NCBI GenBank assembly: GCA_002811645.1
Contig: PDIP01000021.1
Coordinates: 124,001 to 188,000 of the forward strand
Source of the DNA: Corallochytrium limacisporum Hawaii
Taxonomy: Eukaryota; Protista; Pluriformea
Reading direction: 5' to 3'
Length of the DNA stretch: 64,000 nt
Position 1 is the stretch's first letter. Every line of letters starts with the position of its first letter. Position numbers and translations under genes: made by a program. Shown piece by piece: positions 31,511 through 42,613 of this stretch. The notes under the pieces were generated by a model that saw only the letters and a program-made list of their open reading frames with translations, was not told where the DNA came from and ran no database searches.

Positions 31511-34381
31511 TCATTCCTCCATGGCTTCCACCGATTGGCGGTAGAACACCCCATCGGTGAGGTCGCGCACAATGTCGTGCTTCTGCAGAAGATCGCTGTC
31601 GTAGAAGCGTTGCAGATTTGAAACATGCAGCTCATTCTTGACATTGCGCTCGAAAGTGCTGATAGGTACCTCGGGTCGCTCGTTGCTGCCCATTTGATGG
31701 TTCAGGGTAGTAGCCTTGCGGAGCATACGCTTCAGTGTGTAGACCAAGAGCTGGTTCACATCCTGGTTGTAGGTCACATAGCGGTACAGGGTTGCGCTGC
31801 GTCTCAGATCACGACGCACGCTGTTCTTTTGCGTACTCATGAAGCTCTCTAGAATGACCTTGATGGCTTGGTTGATGTCGTCCATGTTGACTGTATCACG
31901 GAGATGCATCTTGGCATGGGCTTCACTGATACGTAAGATAGCCTCGAAGTGACGCACGCTGACGGGCACACTGGCAGTGCGGGCAGCCTCCTGACGCAGC
32001 TCAGCGTAGAACTTCACCATACGGTCCTCATCGATGAGATCACTGCGAGGCTTGACGTTCTGCCTGGCGTACTGAATGTACTTGCGGAGCATGTCCTGAG
32101 GGATAATGTCAGGGTCCACATCGGCCTCTTCTTCAAACTTTTCACCATTCTGTTCAGCTTCTTGTCTTCGCATGTCCTGCTGGCGCTTGGCCTCTGGATG
32201 GGCTTTAGCGTGTGAATCAACCACAAACTTCGCCAGAGTCGCATCCAATTCCTCGTCGGCAGTGTCACGCACCACACACAGAATGTCAAAGCGCGACACA
32301 ATGGGGTCAGTCAGGTCGACGTTCTGACTGAAGGTCAGACTGGGGTTGTACCGTCCGTTGATGGGGTTGGCAGCGGCAATGACAGCGCAGCGGGCCTGCA
32401 GGGTGGTGACGATTCCAGCCTTGGAGATAGAGATACCCTGCTGTTCCATGGCTTCGTGGATGGAAGTACGATCTTGGTCGTTCATCTTGTCGAACTCATC
32501 AATCAGGCACACGCCCTGATCAGCCAGCACTAGAGCACCTCCATCTAGGGTCCATTCACGGGTGTTGATGTCCTTACGCACACTGGCGGTCAAACCGACA
32601 GCCGATGCTCCTTGGCCCGTGGCAAAGACGGCACGAGGCGCAGTCTTCTCCACATACTTGAGGAACTGAGACTTAGCAGTTCCGGGGTCACCGAGCATTA
32701 GAATGTTGATATCTCCACGGACCTTGTGCTTGCCATCGCCCTGTTTCGGTACACCACCGAATAGAGAGAGGGCAAGGGCCAACTTGATGTCTTCGTGGCC
32801 ATAGATGGAAGGCGCAATGCTCTTCACAATACGCTCACCAATGCGTGGGTGGCGGGCAAGCTCCAGAATCTCTCGATGGTCCTCATCGGTCAGTCGGTGG
32901 CTCATGTACTGATCTTCTCGCTTCTCAACATAGTTGGCTTCTAGAACAGTTGCAAAAACGGGGAAACCATTGCGATTGTTCAGGTGAGGGTCAAAGTTAT
33001 TGCTGTAGACCGCGACAATAACGACCTCATCACCGGGCTTCACACAGTCAACAAGATCGTCTTTCAGGATGACCTCTTTCTGCCGAGGCAGGCGACCAGG
33101 AGGAACGGAACCAGGACTTTCCTGCAGAGTCACAGTCTGGTAGTTGCTGTACAGAGTTTTTTCCTGGTTGGTGCTGAAAGGTCCCTTTTGTTGGCAGAAC
33201 GGACAGTTTCCAATGCGCAGCTCTTCCTGTCCGGAGGTCATATAGGGTCCAAGGACCTCCTTACACGATTGACAGTCAAGGTATACCTGCTTAAGCTGAG
33301 GCAACACACTGCTGCGACGAGTAATCACACCAGAAGTCTGCAGAAGTTCGTTCAAGTTGCTTTGGCGCAGTTCTCGCAGTGCTTCTGTATGAATCAAGTC
33401 TCGGACCCGAACATGAATCTGTTCGTGGACGTTACGGTACTTTGGGAACAAAGTGAGTAAAACGTCCATGGCAACTTGATCAAAGAGCTCCAGGAATCCA
33501 GTGGGGGCATCAACCAAAAAAAGACCAAGCACGGCATTGAAGTTAATCAGATGACGGTACTCGACTATGAGAGATTCACCGTTGGCACTTGCCATCTCGG
33601 CCAGTTTTTGGTAATAATAAGGAATGCGACGAGTTGACGTCTTGCCTTCCTCAGCCTCGGGGTCATAGCTGTTCAAGAAGCTACGCAAATTCTTCTTGAT
33701 GGCCTTGCTGGCCTCTTTTCGCTGGATCCAGTCACGTGCCGGTTCACGATGTGGGTTGAGCTGCATTTGAGCGTCCTCGTCCCCATCTTCCTCCTCATCG
33801 TCGTCCCGGTGAGTCAGATCAGGGGCATCAAAGTCAGTGGAAGGAGCACTGCTGGGGAAGGCGCCACCGGTGCCGGCAAAGGGGTCCTGAGCCGGAGCAA
33901 GATCTCGGTCAATGTTGGTGGATTCGTAGTCGCCAGCCTTCAGGCGCTTTACCTTGCGACTGGTGGCAAGGGCACGCTCAGCACGCTCCATGTCACGGAT
34001 CTGTTCCTCTTCCCCGTCACTACTGTCAGCACCCCCAAAGTATTTGGTGGGGCCCTTCTTGCGCTTGCCCAGACGGCGGTCACGACGTGCGAGTTCCTCT
34101 TCGACAGCACGTCGGTCGCCAATGTCCATTTCTGAGTGTTCCTCTGCGTCTGCAGCGCTGGCTTCATAATCGTCCTGGGACTCATTCTCGTCGGCGTCAA
34201 AGTTTTCGTCAAGATCTTCGCCTTCCGATTCAGAGTTCTCCTCAATGCGGGCGGCCTCGTCCTGACGCATCTGTTCAAGCTCAGCTTCGTCTTCAACATC
34301 GTTGAAACCAACCTCGACAGCCTCTGTATCGTTATTACCGACGTCGCCACGGTTGGGCGTGGGATGCCGAGAATTTGCCAT
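31511..34381 (-). CDS. MCM2: DNA replication licensing factor MCM2
   Basis: Acidic N-terminus, C4 zinc finger, LQESPGSVPPGRLPR, Walker A GDPGTAKSQFL, IDEFDKM and SRFD arginine finger. Confidence 0.98.
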   Translation of the reverse strand: MANSRHPTPNRGDVGNNDTEAVEVGFNDVEDEAELEQMRQDEAARIEENSESEGEDLDENFDADENESQDDYEASAADAEEHSEMDIGDRRAVEEELARRDRRLGKRKKGPTKYFGGADSSDGEEEQIRDMERAERALATSRKVKRLKAGDYESTNIDRDLAPAQDPFAGTGGAFPSSAPSTDFDAPDLTHRDDDEEEDGDEDAQMQLNPHREPARDWIQRKEASKAIKKNLRSFLNSYDPEAEEGKTSTRRIPYYYQKLAEMASANGESLIVEYRHLINFNAVLGLFLVDAPTGFLELFDQVAMDVLLTLFPKYRNVHEQIHVRVRDLIHTEALRELRQSNLNELLQTSGVITRRSSVLPQLKQVYLDCQSCKEVLGPYMTSGQEELRIGNCPFCQQKGPFSTNQEKTLYSNYQTVTLQESPGSVPPGRLPRQKEVILKDDLVDCVKPGDEVVIVAVYSNNFDPHLNNRNGFPVFATVLEANYVEKREDQYMSHRLTDEDHREILELARHPRIGERIVKSIAPSIYGHEDIKLALALSLFGGVPKQGDGKHKVRGDINILMLGDPGTAKSQFLKYVEKTAPRAVFATGQGASAVGLTASVRKDINTREWTLDGGALVLADQGVCLIDEFDKMNDQDRTSIHEAMEQQGISISKAGIVTTLQARCAVIAAANPINGRYNPSLTFSQNVDLTDPIVSRFDILCVVRDTADEELDATLAKFVVDSHAKAHPEAKRQQDMRRQEAEQNGEKFEEEADVDPDIIPQDMLRKYIQYARQNVKPRSDLIDEDRMVKFYAELRQEAARTASVPVSVRHFEAILRISEAHAKMHLRDTVNMDDINQAIKVILESFMSTQKNSVRRDLRRSATLYRYVTYNQDVNQLLVYTLKRMLRKATTLNHQMGSNERPEVPISTFERNVKNELHVSNLQRFYDSDLLQKHDIVRDLTDGVFYRQSVEAMEE

Positions 34382-34681
34382 GGTTGCTCAAATGTTGTTC
34401 GAGGTCTGCTTGCAAAAACTCTCTGTATGTTTGGATTGTTATGAATACTAAAGACTTAGGACCTTTAAGATAACTGCGGTCGATCCATCAAGTAGCCTCA
34501 AACACAAACGCATACCTCTTTCACCAAAAGCAACAACATGCCCAAAGTCTGCTTTATGCAAACTAGCCACCACACTTCCAACTCAAGAGCAGAAAACACC
34601 ATTCACACCGTTCTGGAGCATGCACAGCCCAAGGGCCGAAACGTAGAGAACTGGTGTCTCCCCTCCCTCCCAAGTTCAATC

Positions 34682-34788
34682 TTTTCGCGCGCAAAGGATT
34701 CCTGCCTGTTCCTGCCTCACACCCGGTCGTGAGGGGGCCCCCGAACCCCTCTCCCCTTTCTACAAACGCGCGCGAAAAATGTATTGAA
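34682..34788. promoter_or_regulatory. Pair of inverted E2F-type sites upstream of MCM2
   Basis: TTTTCGCGCGCAAA at 34682-34695 and GCGCGCGAAAAA at about 34768-34779, 300-400 bp upstream of the MCM2 ATG. Confidence 0.65.
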
Positions 34789-34968
34789 GGGCGGGAGTCT
34801 CTTTTCAAGCCACTTTGAGGTAGAAAGCATGGTATCATGGAGAATGAAGCGATTGAATGAACTGAAACCATGAGCTGAAACCATCATATGGGCGTGCCTT
34901 AACAGGGCCCGATTGATTCGAAATGTGATGACGTTTTACTTCTATGATACCTGCAATATAACGCTGCG

Positions 34969-36852
34969 TTAACGCTGCTGCATGTAGCGGTAACCGGCGT
35001 AGCCAAGAACGATACCGATCCCAAGGCCGATAGTGAGTTTGACGAAGAAGGAAGAATCGGACTCCGGGGTCGCTACCTGAAGCGAGGCCCGGCGAGGATT
35101 TTGTGCGAGGACCACAATAGGTGCAAAGATGTCGCTAGAGGCGGTCTCATCATTTTTCACGCTAATGGTTTGCGGTGAAGGCATACCGAGTTCCCGGAAG
35201 TATTCTACAGGCTGCATGATGTAGTCCTGGTTGACCGGACCGAGATCCTTTTTAGTTGCAAAAAAGATGCTCGCTTTGCCAAGAGCATCGATCTGCTCAT
35301 GGAGCTTAGCGACGTGCTCAAAGGAGTGAGGGTCATTGATGTCGTACAGGAAGCACACAACATCGCACTGCTCCATGAATTCATGATTCTTGATCAGTTC
35401 CTGGTCTTGATCGTTCTCTGCAGGAATCTCATGCAGTACCAGATAGCGTTCTGCACCATTCACACTGACGGCGTTCACAGCACTTTGTTTCTTGCCCGTA
35501 GACACGTGTTTATCATTGAAGGGTTTCTCCAGTAGAGCACGCACCATGGATGATTTCCCGCTGCCTGATGCACCAAAGAGGTAGGCCTGGAACACACTGC
35601 GAGCGGTCTTTCGCTTAGCAGCATCAACCCGCTTACTACGCAGTACTTTGATAGCAGTCTTCGCCTCCTCTTGCCCAGTGTACCCGAGGTATGCTAAGTA
35701 CTCCATTGTTGTTTCCGGTTCCAACAGCGTAGTCTTGGCCCATTGAGCGAGAAATCCAGCCAAAGTAATCCATCCTTTCTCGTTGGTCACTGTTGTGTTG
35801 GTGTAGTCAGTCCATGGATTTCCAGGAGAGGTGCTGAAGAGATTGCTCAGCTCATCGGGGCTCAATGCACCGTCACGATCCTTATCGTGGGCCATAAAGA
35901 GGTCAGTAAAAAATTGATATCCCTTGGGACTAAGTTCAATGGGCTGATCCGGTGAGGCGTGAAGCTGCGGGTAGAGGAAGTCATCCCTCAATCGCAGGTC
36001 ATCACCGTACCCAAACTTACGGAGTACAGTCCATGTGGTTTCCAGCCGTCCCCTCTGGATGAAGAGCTTGTGGAGGAAGACAAATCCTTCAACAGTGATA
36101 TGGCCGCTCTTGTTAATCCCCTCGGGAATGTTCTCTTGGATAACGTCCCGAATTCCCTGTAATTCTTTTGGCTGTAATGGCTGATTAAAGCAGCGAGTCT
36201 GGAAAATGTTCAATTCGTCATCGTTCAACGCCTCATCCTTGTCAAGATCACAGAGCTTGAAGATTCGGCACAGCGCACTACGACATTCCTCCTTGAGGAG
36301 GTGATTCGCCGCGTCATAGAGCGGTGCCGTTGGGTGCAGGACAGCCTTTTGTGCATAGTAGAACACTTCACTAATGTTCATAAGTGTCTTGGCACTGCAT
36401 TCGATGCAAGTTTCAACCTCTCGGTACTCGTTGAGAACAGGCAAAACCATTTCTTCAAGAAAGTCATCTCCGTTGTCATTCTCAGCGCGCGTATCAATCT
36501 TGTTGCCCACTAGAACGATCGAGACTAGTTCATTCCCCAGGATCCGACGAATGTACGGCAGCCAATATGTACTGACCCTGGTAAATGTGTCACTACGGCT
36601 GACATCGTAGACAATGCAAATAACATTGGCATTCTTTATGGACTCCTCAAGAGTTTCTTTATCGCTCGGACTGGACGATGTGTCCATGATATAAGTTGTC
36701 ACACGCTCTGGAGTGACCTCTGGTGGGATGGTCAATTCTTGAACAACCGGTGGTACGTCATCTTGGAACTGCTCGCGCATCAAGGATGTGATCAAGGACG
36801 ATTTCCCGACCTTGGGGTCGCCGACCAAGACTATGCGAACTGAACGTTTCAT
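34969..36852 (-). CDS. RHOT1: Mitochondrial Rho GTPase Miro/Gem1
   Basis: GTPase (GDPKVGKSS), two EF hands (DLDKDEALNDDEL, DKDRDGALSPDEL), second GTPase (GASGSGKS) and a C-terminal TM anchor. First ATG is at 36852. Confidence 0.97.
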   Translation of the reverse strand: MKRSVRIVLVGDPKVGKSSLITSLMREQFQDDVPPVVQELTIPPEVTPERVTTYIMDTSSSPSDKETLEESIKNANVICIVYDVSRSDTFTRVSTYWLPYIRRILGNELVSIVLVGNKIDTRAENDNGDDFLEEMVLPVLNEYREVETCIECSAKTLMNISEVFYYAQKAVLHPTAPLYDAANHLLKEECRSALCRIFKLCDLDKDEALNDDELNIFQTRCFNQPLQPKELQGIRDVIQENIPEGINKSGHITVEGFVFLHKLFIQRGRLETTWTVLRKFGYGDDLRLRDDFLYPQLHASPDQPIELSPKGYQFFTDLFMAHDKDRDGALSPDELSNLFSTSPGNPWTDYTNTTVTNEKGWITLAGFLAQWAKTTLLEPETTMEYLAYLGYTGQEEAKTAIKVLRSKRVDAAKRKTARSVFQAYLFGASGSGKSSMVRALLEKPFNDKHVSTGKKQSAVNAVSVNGAERYLVLHEIPAENDQDQELIKNHEFMEQCDVVCFLYDINDPHSFEHVAKLHEQIDALGKASIFFATKKDLGPVNQDYIMQPVEYFRELGMPSPQTISVKNDETASSDIFAPIVVLAQNPRRASLQVATPESDSSFFVKLTIGLGIGIVLGYAGYRYMQQR

Positions 36853-37199
36853 GTTGGACACCACAACCGATCAATCCCGCATGTTCGGTCTAGTTTTCCA
36901 TATTGCATATGATGAATAAACTCTTTAAACATAGTCATCCCCTGCATATCTAATATAGCCTTCCACCGGACCAACAAGTTTGTCTATTGAACAGTGAGAG
37001 CGGGGTTTTGCATCGGCGGGGTGTTGTTGTGCCCTGGAGACCGAGAGGAGAAGCAGGGAGCACCGCAGGTGCACACTGCCCGTGGGGAAGTTGGGAGGGA
37101 GGGAGAGTTTGGTGACGCACTGACTGGTGCAAACCACCGGGTCCCCCCTCCCGGTGTTGGTGTGTGACTGTTTTCCCTTCCCTTTGACAATGATTTTCT

Positions 37200-37208
37200 T
37201 TTGGCGCG
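37200..37208 (+). promoter_or_regulatory. E2F-type site TTTGGCGCG upstream of Miro
   Basis: Exact consensus about 350 bp upstream of the Miro ATG. Confidence 0.4.
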
Positions 37209-37387
37209 CGGTGGAATATTGATCGAATTCAAAGTCTGAAACGCAGACGAACGCAGAGGTTTGGTTGGTGTAAGGTGCAACCCCAATATTTTAAGATAAG
37301 TAAAGGTCAGTGTGTATTCATGGGTCAGACCTTTCTGACGATCATATCACGAGCTCATGGAATTTGAAGAATCTAATGGTGTTTCGA

Positions 37388-39280
37388 TTACGCAGCGGGC
37401 ACGGTCTTGGCTGTGCGCGCCACTGTCGTCGGACCCGTGCTTTTGTTCTGACTGCGCATGGCAAGCATGTAGTTCACGGCGATTTGCTTGAGCTCGTTCA
37501 AAGCTACAGGTCCAATGACCAGAACGGCCACTGTCAGAATGCGGATTGAGCGGAAGATTGCAACTGGTGCCATAAACGGGCTCTCAGCGGTGGCTTTGTT
37601 AAACTCCCGGCGGACTCCCAAAATAGCCACCGAGAAGAAGTGGATTACCAGCTTCATAGGGTTTGGATCCAAAATTGAAAGAAGGGAGACAGGCCCTGCC
37701 AGATTGTTGCCACCCATCTTAAAGTAAGCAAAGCAAGCTTGCCTGAGAGCATCAAGGTCGTCGCTCGCCGCACTGAAGAGGGCATACAGTGCCTGGGCAA
37801 GGACATTGACGACAAACGAATGATTGTGGGTGCGCTCCAACTGCCAGTTTGTTACCACATTGGAAACTTCGCCTGCCTCAAGGGGCGCTGACTGCCGCAC
37901 ATTGGCATCAAGCACCTTCATGAACACAGCAACGTCATTAAAGGCCACAGACATACCACCTCCAGTGAGGGGATGGCGCATGTTGAAGGCATCTCCCACC
38001 AAGATAGCACCAGGGATCTGCCTTGGCCTTGTGCTAAGATAGTTGTTCGGCATGGTTCGGAGCTTTTGGTCTTTCAGAGCCTCAATTACTGAATTCTTAT
38101 AGCCAGTAGGCATTGCAGGAATTACAACTCGTTCGAAGTATTCCTTTAGACTCATGTTGGCCTCATCGCACTCCTTGACATCGGCCAGAATGCGAGTTTC
38201 ATTGCCACCAATCTGGTACAACAAGATCGGAGAGTCGGCGAGGATCACTTCCGCAAAGCCCTGCTCTGTTGGCGTAGCGTTGTGCAATTCCAGTGCGACA
38301 AATTTCGACTTGGCAACTGGTTTTGTACTGCCCAGAAAAACTGATCTGAACTTTGAAAAGCATCCGTCGCAGACTACTGTAAGTGGTGTCCTAATTTCGT
38401 ACTTAGTTGCTTCCCCAGACTCATCCCGAACTTTAATGATGGCTCCAGAAACTTCTGTCTGGTGTTCATCCTTCCACGCAAGATCTGTCACAACAGCCTC
38501 GAAGAGGTCCACGTTTGCTTGCGATGCAGCCTTGTGCCGCAATTTCTGAATGAAGCTACCATGGTGGAAGGCCATGGCCCGTTCTGCTTCGTAGCCCTGC
38601 TCTGTTACTCCGCCAGCGCGAGGATACGCCAAACGGAGCTTCTCTGAACCGTTCCTGACATAATAGCCCTTGTGAATGATACCATCGATACCATTCAGAC
38701 AGTCTCCCATATCCAGGTCAATTGCCAGGCTCCTTACACCGCCAGGCTGCAACAACTCTCCAACAATTCGATCTGGCTTATCCAGAGAGCGCTCCACCAA
38801 CAAAACCGAGTAACCCCGCTTGCCAAAGTTGTATGCCATAACACAACCGGCTATTCCTGCCCCAATGACGATAACATCATACTTGTCTTTCTTCGACAGA
38901 ACCTCGGATACCGGCGTGCTTGTGGGGCGGACATTATGAGAGGGCAAACCACCAGTGTCACTGTTTTGCCCGATAGTGCTCAGTATCTTGGCTTCCTTGT
39001 TACTAATGCTGATGTCACCATCTCCAAGCCATTCGGCATCTTGAGTCGCCCACTGCGTCAAAAGATGAATGCCGACCGCTACTAATATAATCGCAAATAT
39101 CGCTATGTAGGACATATTTACATACGTGCGTCCCATGCATGGAGAGAACTTACATTGAGTGCATTGCATATGCAGAGGGATCCGTATCTGATTCAAGTAC
39201 CATTGGGGCTCCTGTATAGGAGGAGACCCTGGACCATCAGTTCGCACGGGCTGCCATGGAACCTGTGAAATTCTTCCCAT
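37388..39280 (-). CDS. SQLE: Squalene monooxygenase (epoxidase)
   Basis: GAGIAG, PDRIVGELLQPGG, FHHGSFI, CDGCFSKFR, GDAFNMRHPLTGGGM and NVLAQALY. The true start may be ATG 39115 (MSYIAIF), just before the TM anchor. Confidence 0.97.
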   Translation of the reverse strand: MGRISQVPWQPVRTDGPGSPPIQEPQWYLNQIRIPLHMQCTQCKFSPCMGRTYVNMSYIAIFAIILVAVGIHLLTQWATQDAEWLGDGDISISNKEAKILSTIGQNSDTGGLPSHNVRPTSTPVSEVLSKKDKYDVIVIGAGIAGCVMAYNFGKRGYSVLLVERSLDKPDRIVGELLQPGGVRSLAIDLDMGDCLNGIDGIIHKGYYVRNGSEKLRLAYPRAGGVTEQGYEAERAMAFHHGSFIQKLRHKAASQANVDLFEAVVTDLAWKDEHQTEVSGAIIKVRDESGEATKYEIRTPLTVVCDGCFSKFRSVFLGSTKPVAKSKFVALELHNATPTEQGFAEVILADSPILLYQIGGNETRILADVKECDEANMSLKEYFERVVIPAMPTGYKNSVIEALKDQKLRTMPNNYLSTRPRQIPGAILVGDAFNMRHPLTGGGMSVAFNDVAVFMKVLDANVRQSAPLEAGEVSNVVTNWQLERTHNHSFVVNVLAQALYALFSAASDDLDALRQACFAYFKMGGNNLAGPVSLLSILDPNPMKLVIHFFSVAILGVRREFNKATAESPFMAPVAIFRSIRILTVAVLVIGPVALNELKQIAVNYMLAMRSQNKSTGPTTVARTAKTVPAA

Positions 39281-40120
39281 GAATCCTACTCACGACCCTC
39301 TACAGCGGTGTTATAAACAATTGGCTACTCCTCTGTCAGAAACCGAATTGGCCCGCTTCGTCCATCTCCTTGCCCACGACTTAGGGCGCCTTCTCCTCTC
39401 AGAGGAAAAGTGTCAATATGCTCCCTGGGGCCCCCAAAAAGGGTGGTCGGTGCGGCAGCACCACACCGCCACATGCGTTTTCCATAAGCAGATATCATAC
39501 CAATTTTCCTTCCTTTCCTAGTTGAGCCAGTTCCTACCTTATAGTAAATGTACCAGTGAAGTTTTCAATAGTGAATGTATTGTGCTCGACGCTGATTGGT
39601 CGACCCGTCCACAGGGCCACCCTCTCGCTCGATCGAGCGGGAAGGATGACTGGTGGGAGGTGATGGGAGCGAAAGGGGGGCGAAGGGAAACGTTTGGTCC
39701 ACCTAGGAGGAGAAACTTTTCTCAACACATTTCGGTACATCCTAGCTTTTGGAACGACCCACAGTGGGAATTACGCATTACACAACAGTCTTTGTCGTGT
39801 GATACGTTGATGAACCTAAATATTGCCATAACTCTGACAGAAATGCCCCGCTTGACGCGGCGGAGATGTCCTTCCTCCTTGGTTAGATGCATGCACATGC
39901 ACCCCAAGATTTATGGGGGAACGGAAACTTGCAGCGACGACAATCGCGCAGGGAGAAGTGAGCTGCTTTCCGCGAAGGCAGACGATGATGGACGATGACA
40001 AATAATGAGCGGTCGTCGCTCTCCGTACTTTCATTCAGGTATTGTAAAATCAATATATTTAAATCAATATTTGAGTAGTTGTCAATACTGTATCCAATAA
40101 TACGGGGTTGTTCCCGGTGC

Positions 40121-40774
40121 CTAGCACTGTGGCCAGGAAGGTCCACCGCACGCACCGGATATGATGAAGTACAGAGTTAATAAGCCCACGATGCCAAGAA
40201 TGATCATAATCTTCTGGTTCTTCCACCACATTTGGCGCTTGAGTTGAGTGCTCTTTGTTTTGAAAGTGAAAGCCTGGCTATTGAGCGCTTCCGAGCGATC
40301 AACGAGTTCATCCAGGCGGTCTCCACGGTCCATAACCCGCTCAATGTTGTCAACCATGATCTGCCGTACATCATCAATATGCCCACGGACCTGTGCAAGC
40401 TTGTCAGCATCAGCATTGTGGCTATAGAAGTCCATACGCTCTGCAAGGAAGATGCTGAACTCGTTGTTCATTGCCAATGGAGCAGCGTTCATCATCCTAT
40501 CCTCGTACTGCGCAACAAATTTTTCTTTGACTTCTTCCAACATAGCAAACGGCTTCTTTCTTCCAAATTCCTCTTCTGCTACACACAAGTAAGTAATTCC
40601 GTCCGACTTAATATAGTGGAATTGGTGCTCCTGATGTTCGTATGTACGCCGATCATCTCCGTGGGGCAAACGATCGAGCACTCTTCTCACAACTTGAGGC
40701 GCGTTTCCTCCCTTTGCGGCATATTCAGCAAGAACAGAAGGCCCTCGCGCAACACAGGCGTACGCGATCGGCAT
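40121..40774 (-). CDS. VAMP7: Longin R-SNARE VAMP7
   Basis: Longin domain, R-SNARE motif (VRQIMVDNIERVMDRGDRLDELV), MWWKN and a TM helix ending CGG..W..C. Confidence 0.96.
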   Translation of the reverse strand: MPIAYACVARGPSVLAEYAAKGGNAPQVVRRVLDRLPHGDDRRTYEHQEHQFHYIKSDGITYLCVAEEEFGRKKPFAMLEEVKEKFVAQYEDRMMNAAPLAMNNEFSIFLAERMDFYSHNADADKLAQVRGHIDDVRQIMVDNIERVMDRGDRLDELVDRSEALNSQAFTFKTKSTQLKRQMWWKNQKIMIILGIVGLLTLYFIISGACGGPSWPQC

Positions 40775-41551
40775 GTTTCTGTTCTGTCTATCTACTCTAT
40801 AAGTTCACAATATCCAACTCGCTCACGCTGGTAGCCGATCTTATCCGTCACCGCGGCCAAAATGAGGCTCCAATGGACTCTCCAGATGACAGTGACAACA
40901 CTTCAGCACTCTAATGTGTAGAAGATGGTGCGAAAATGGCTCTCGGACCCATCCTTAATACCCAGATGTGCACTCCTCTTCTGTCCCCGAAGGGACTTGG
41001 CTTGACGCAACACGGCACCGAATCCCGGGTGCATTCCTTCCCATTTCAACGTCATTCACGGTACATTCATTATGGGACGCGAAAACATCCCCGGAATAAG
41101 CTAATTCAAAAAATTACTATGTATTTCGACAGTAGGGGACCATTTATGTGAAATAAGTGCGATTCCGCTCACGGTGTATAATCTGGTTTTCGGTACTCCG
41201 GACTTCCTATCCCACTGCTTGCAAAGGCAAATGAAGAGCGTCGAGCCGCCGGGGCGAGACAGGACCCCTGCACTCGGTACCTGAAAATTTTCTCTGCTTC
41301 CTCCTCCTTTGGGTCGGCTCGACGGGCATATATGGACGAGAGTGAGTTGGTCACATTAGTACCGGTACGGATAAAGACGCCGCTGTCTCACTCTCACAAT
41401 TTCCTTCTCCTTGGCCCATGGTTCAGGGTATTTAGAAAGTCTGGGTTATTGAGTTCTTGGTTTATAACCCACAAACTTATAAATCTTTGCGAACCGAAGA
41501 ATAATACAAACCCAATAAAGACAGCGGGAATATATACGAAGCATGGACTAG

Positions 41552-42613
41552 ATGCCCGAAGACATTAGGATGCGTCCTCAGGGTAATTACAGCCCGAATA
41601 ATATTCGTGCAGATATTGACGTCTTTGAAGAATGGGATGAAGAAGATGATAGCCCAGGTTGGCTTAGCAAGGCAATAGAAATTGGGTCATGGGGACTAGT
41701 GGTCTTTGTGGTGTGCATTCTTATGTATGCGTGGATTGCCTTCGCGGCCGTTATCATTTTCCCCTATTCCTCTGTTGTGGGTGCAATGGTTGCGTTTGTA
41801 CTGCATAGCTTTGTCATTTGGCTGGCATTGATATCATATGTCCGCTGCGTGCTCACGAAACATGACAGAGTCCCCATAACATACAAGGTTCCTCCAGGCC
41901 TCCTCTCTGGCGACCAAGCTCCCCAGGATGCTGAAGAGCAAGCACGTCAGGATGAGTGGCACAGAAACATGGCCCATAGTATAGAGACTCGAGCGAAGGA
42001 TGGCTCCCTGCGATTTTGTGAAAAGTGCAGAGTGGTGAAACCCGATCGAGTTCACCACTGCTCGTTGTGTGGAAGGTGTGTGCCGCGCATGGATCATCAC
42101 TGTCCGTGGATCAATAATTGCGTTGGCTACAGGAATCATAAGTTCTTCAACCTATTCCTGTTTTATGTGTTCGTTCTTTGTGCATATGTCTTCTTGTGCA
42201 CAGTGGGTATGGTATTTAACACCTTTGGCGGGAATCCCCACGACGGCAAGGACCACGACAAGTATCCTTTCTCTCTCAATGCACTGATACTGTGCATTCT
42301 ATCCTTCATGTTCCTGTTTGCAGTTGGAGGCTTGCTACTCTTCCATATTCAGCTGACAGTAACAAACCAGACCACATTGGAGAGCATGCGCCGGCCAAGG
42401 TTCACTTCTAAAACCTATCGCAAGAATGGGTTCGATATGGGATACTATCGCAATTTCAAGTTCATAATGGGCAATACCCCTTGGCTGTGGCTGGTTCCCG
42501 TAGGGGGCATGTCTGGCGACCCATTCCAGTACGATATTTGCCGGTCTGAAGATGAAGAAACCGGCCTAATGAACTCACTTCAGGCAGAGGAAGGAGTTCC
42601 CATGTCCCTCTAG
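41552..42613 (+). CDS. DHHC palmitoyltransferase (ZDHHC2/15/20, Pfa3-like)
   Basis: CEKCRVVKPDRVHHCSLCGRCVPRMDHHCPWINNCVG, NQTTLE, FDMG..NF and four TM segments. Confidence 0.96.
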   Translation: MPEDIRMRPQGNYSPNNIRADIDVFEEWDEEDDSPGWLSKAIEIGSWGLVVFVVCILMYAWIAFAAVIIFPYSSVVGAMVAFVLHSFVIWLALISYVRCVLTKHDRVPITYKVPPGLLSGDQAPQDAEEQARQDEWHRNMAHSIETRAKDGSLRFCEKCRVVKPDRVHHCSLCGRCVPRMDHHCPWINNCVGYRNHKFFNLFLFYVFVLCAYVFLCTVGMVFNTFGGNPHDGKDHDKYPFSLNALILCILSFMFLFAVGGLLLFHIQLTVTNQTTLESMRRPRFTSKTYRKNGFDMGYYRNFKFIMGNTPWLWLVPVGGMSGDPFQYDICRSEDEETGLMNSLQAEEGVPMSL

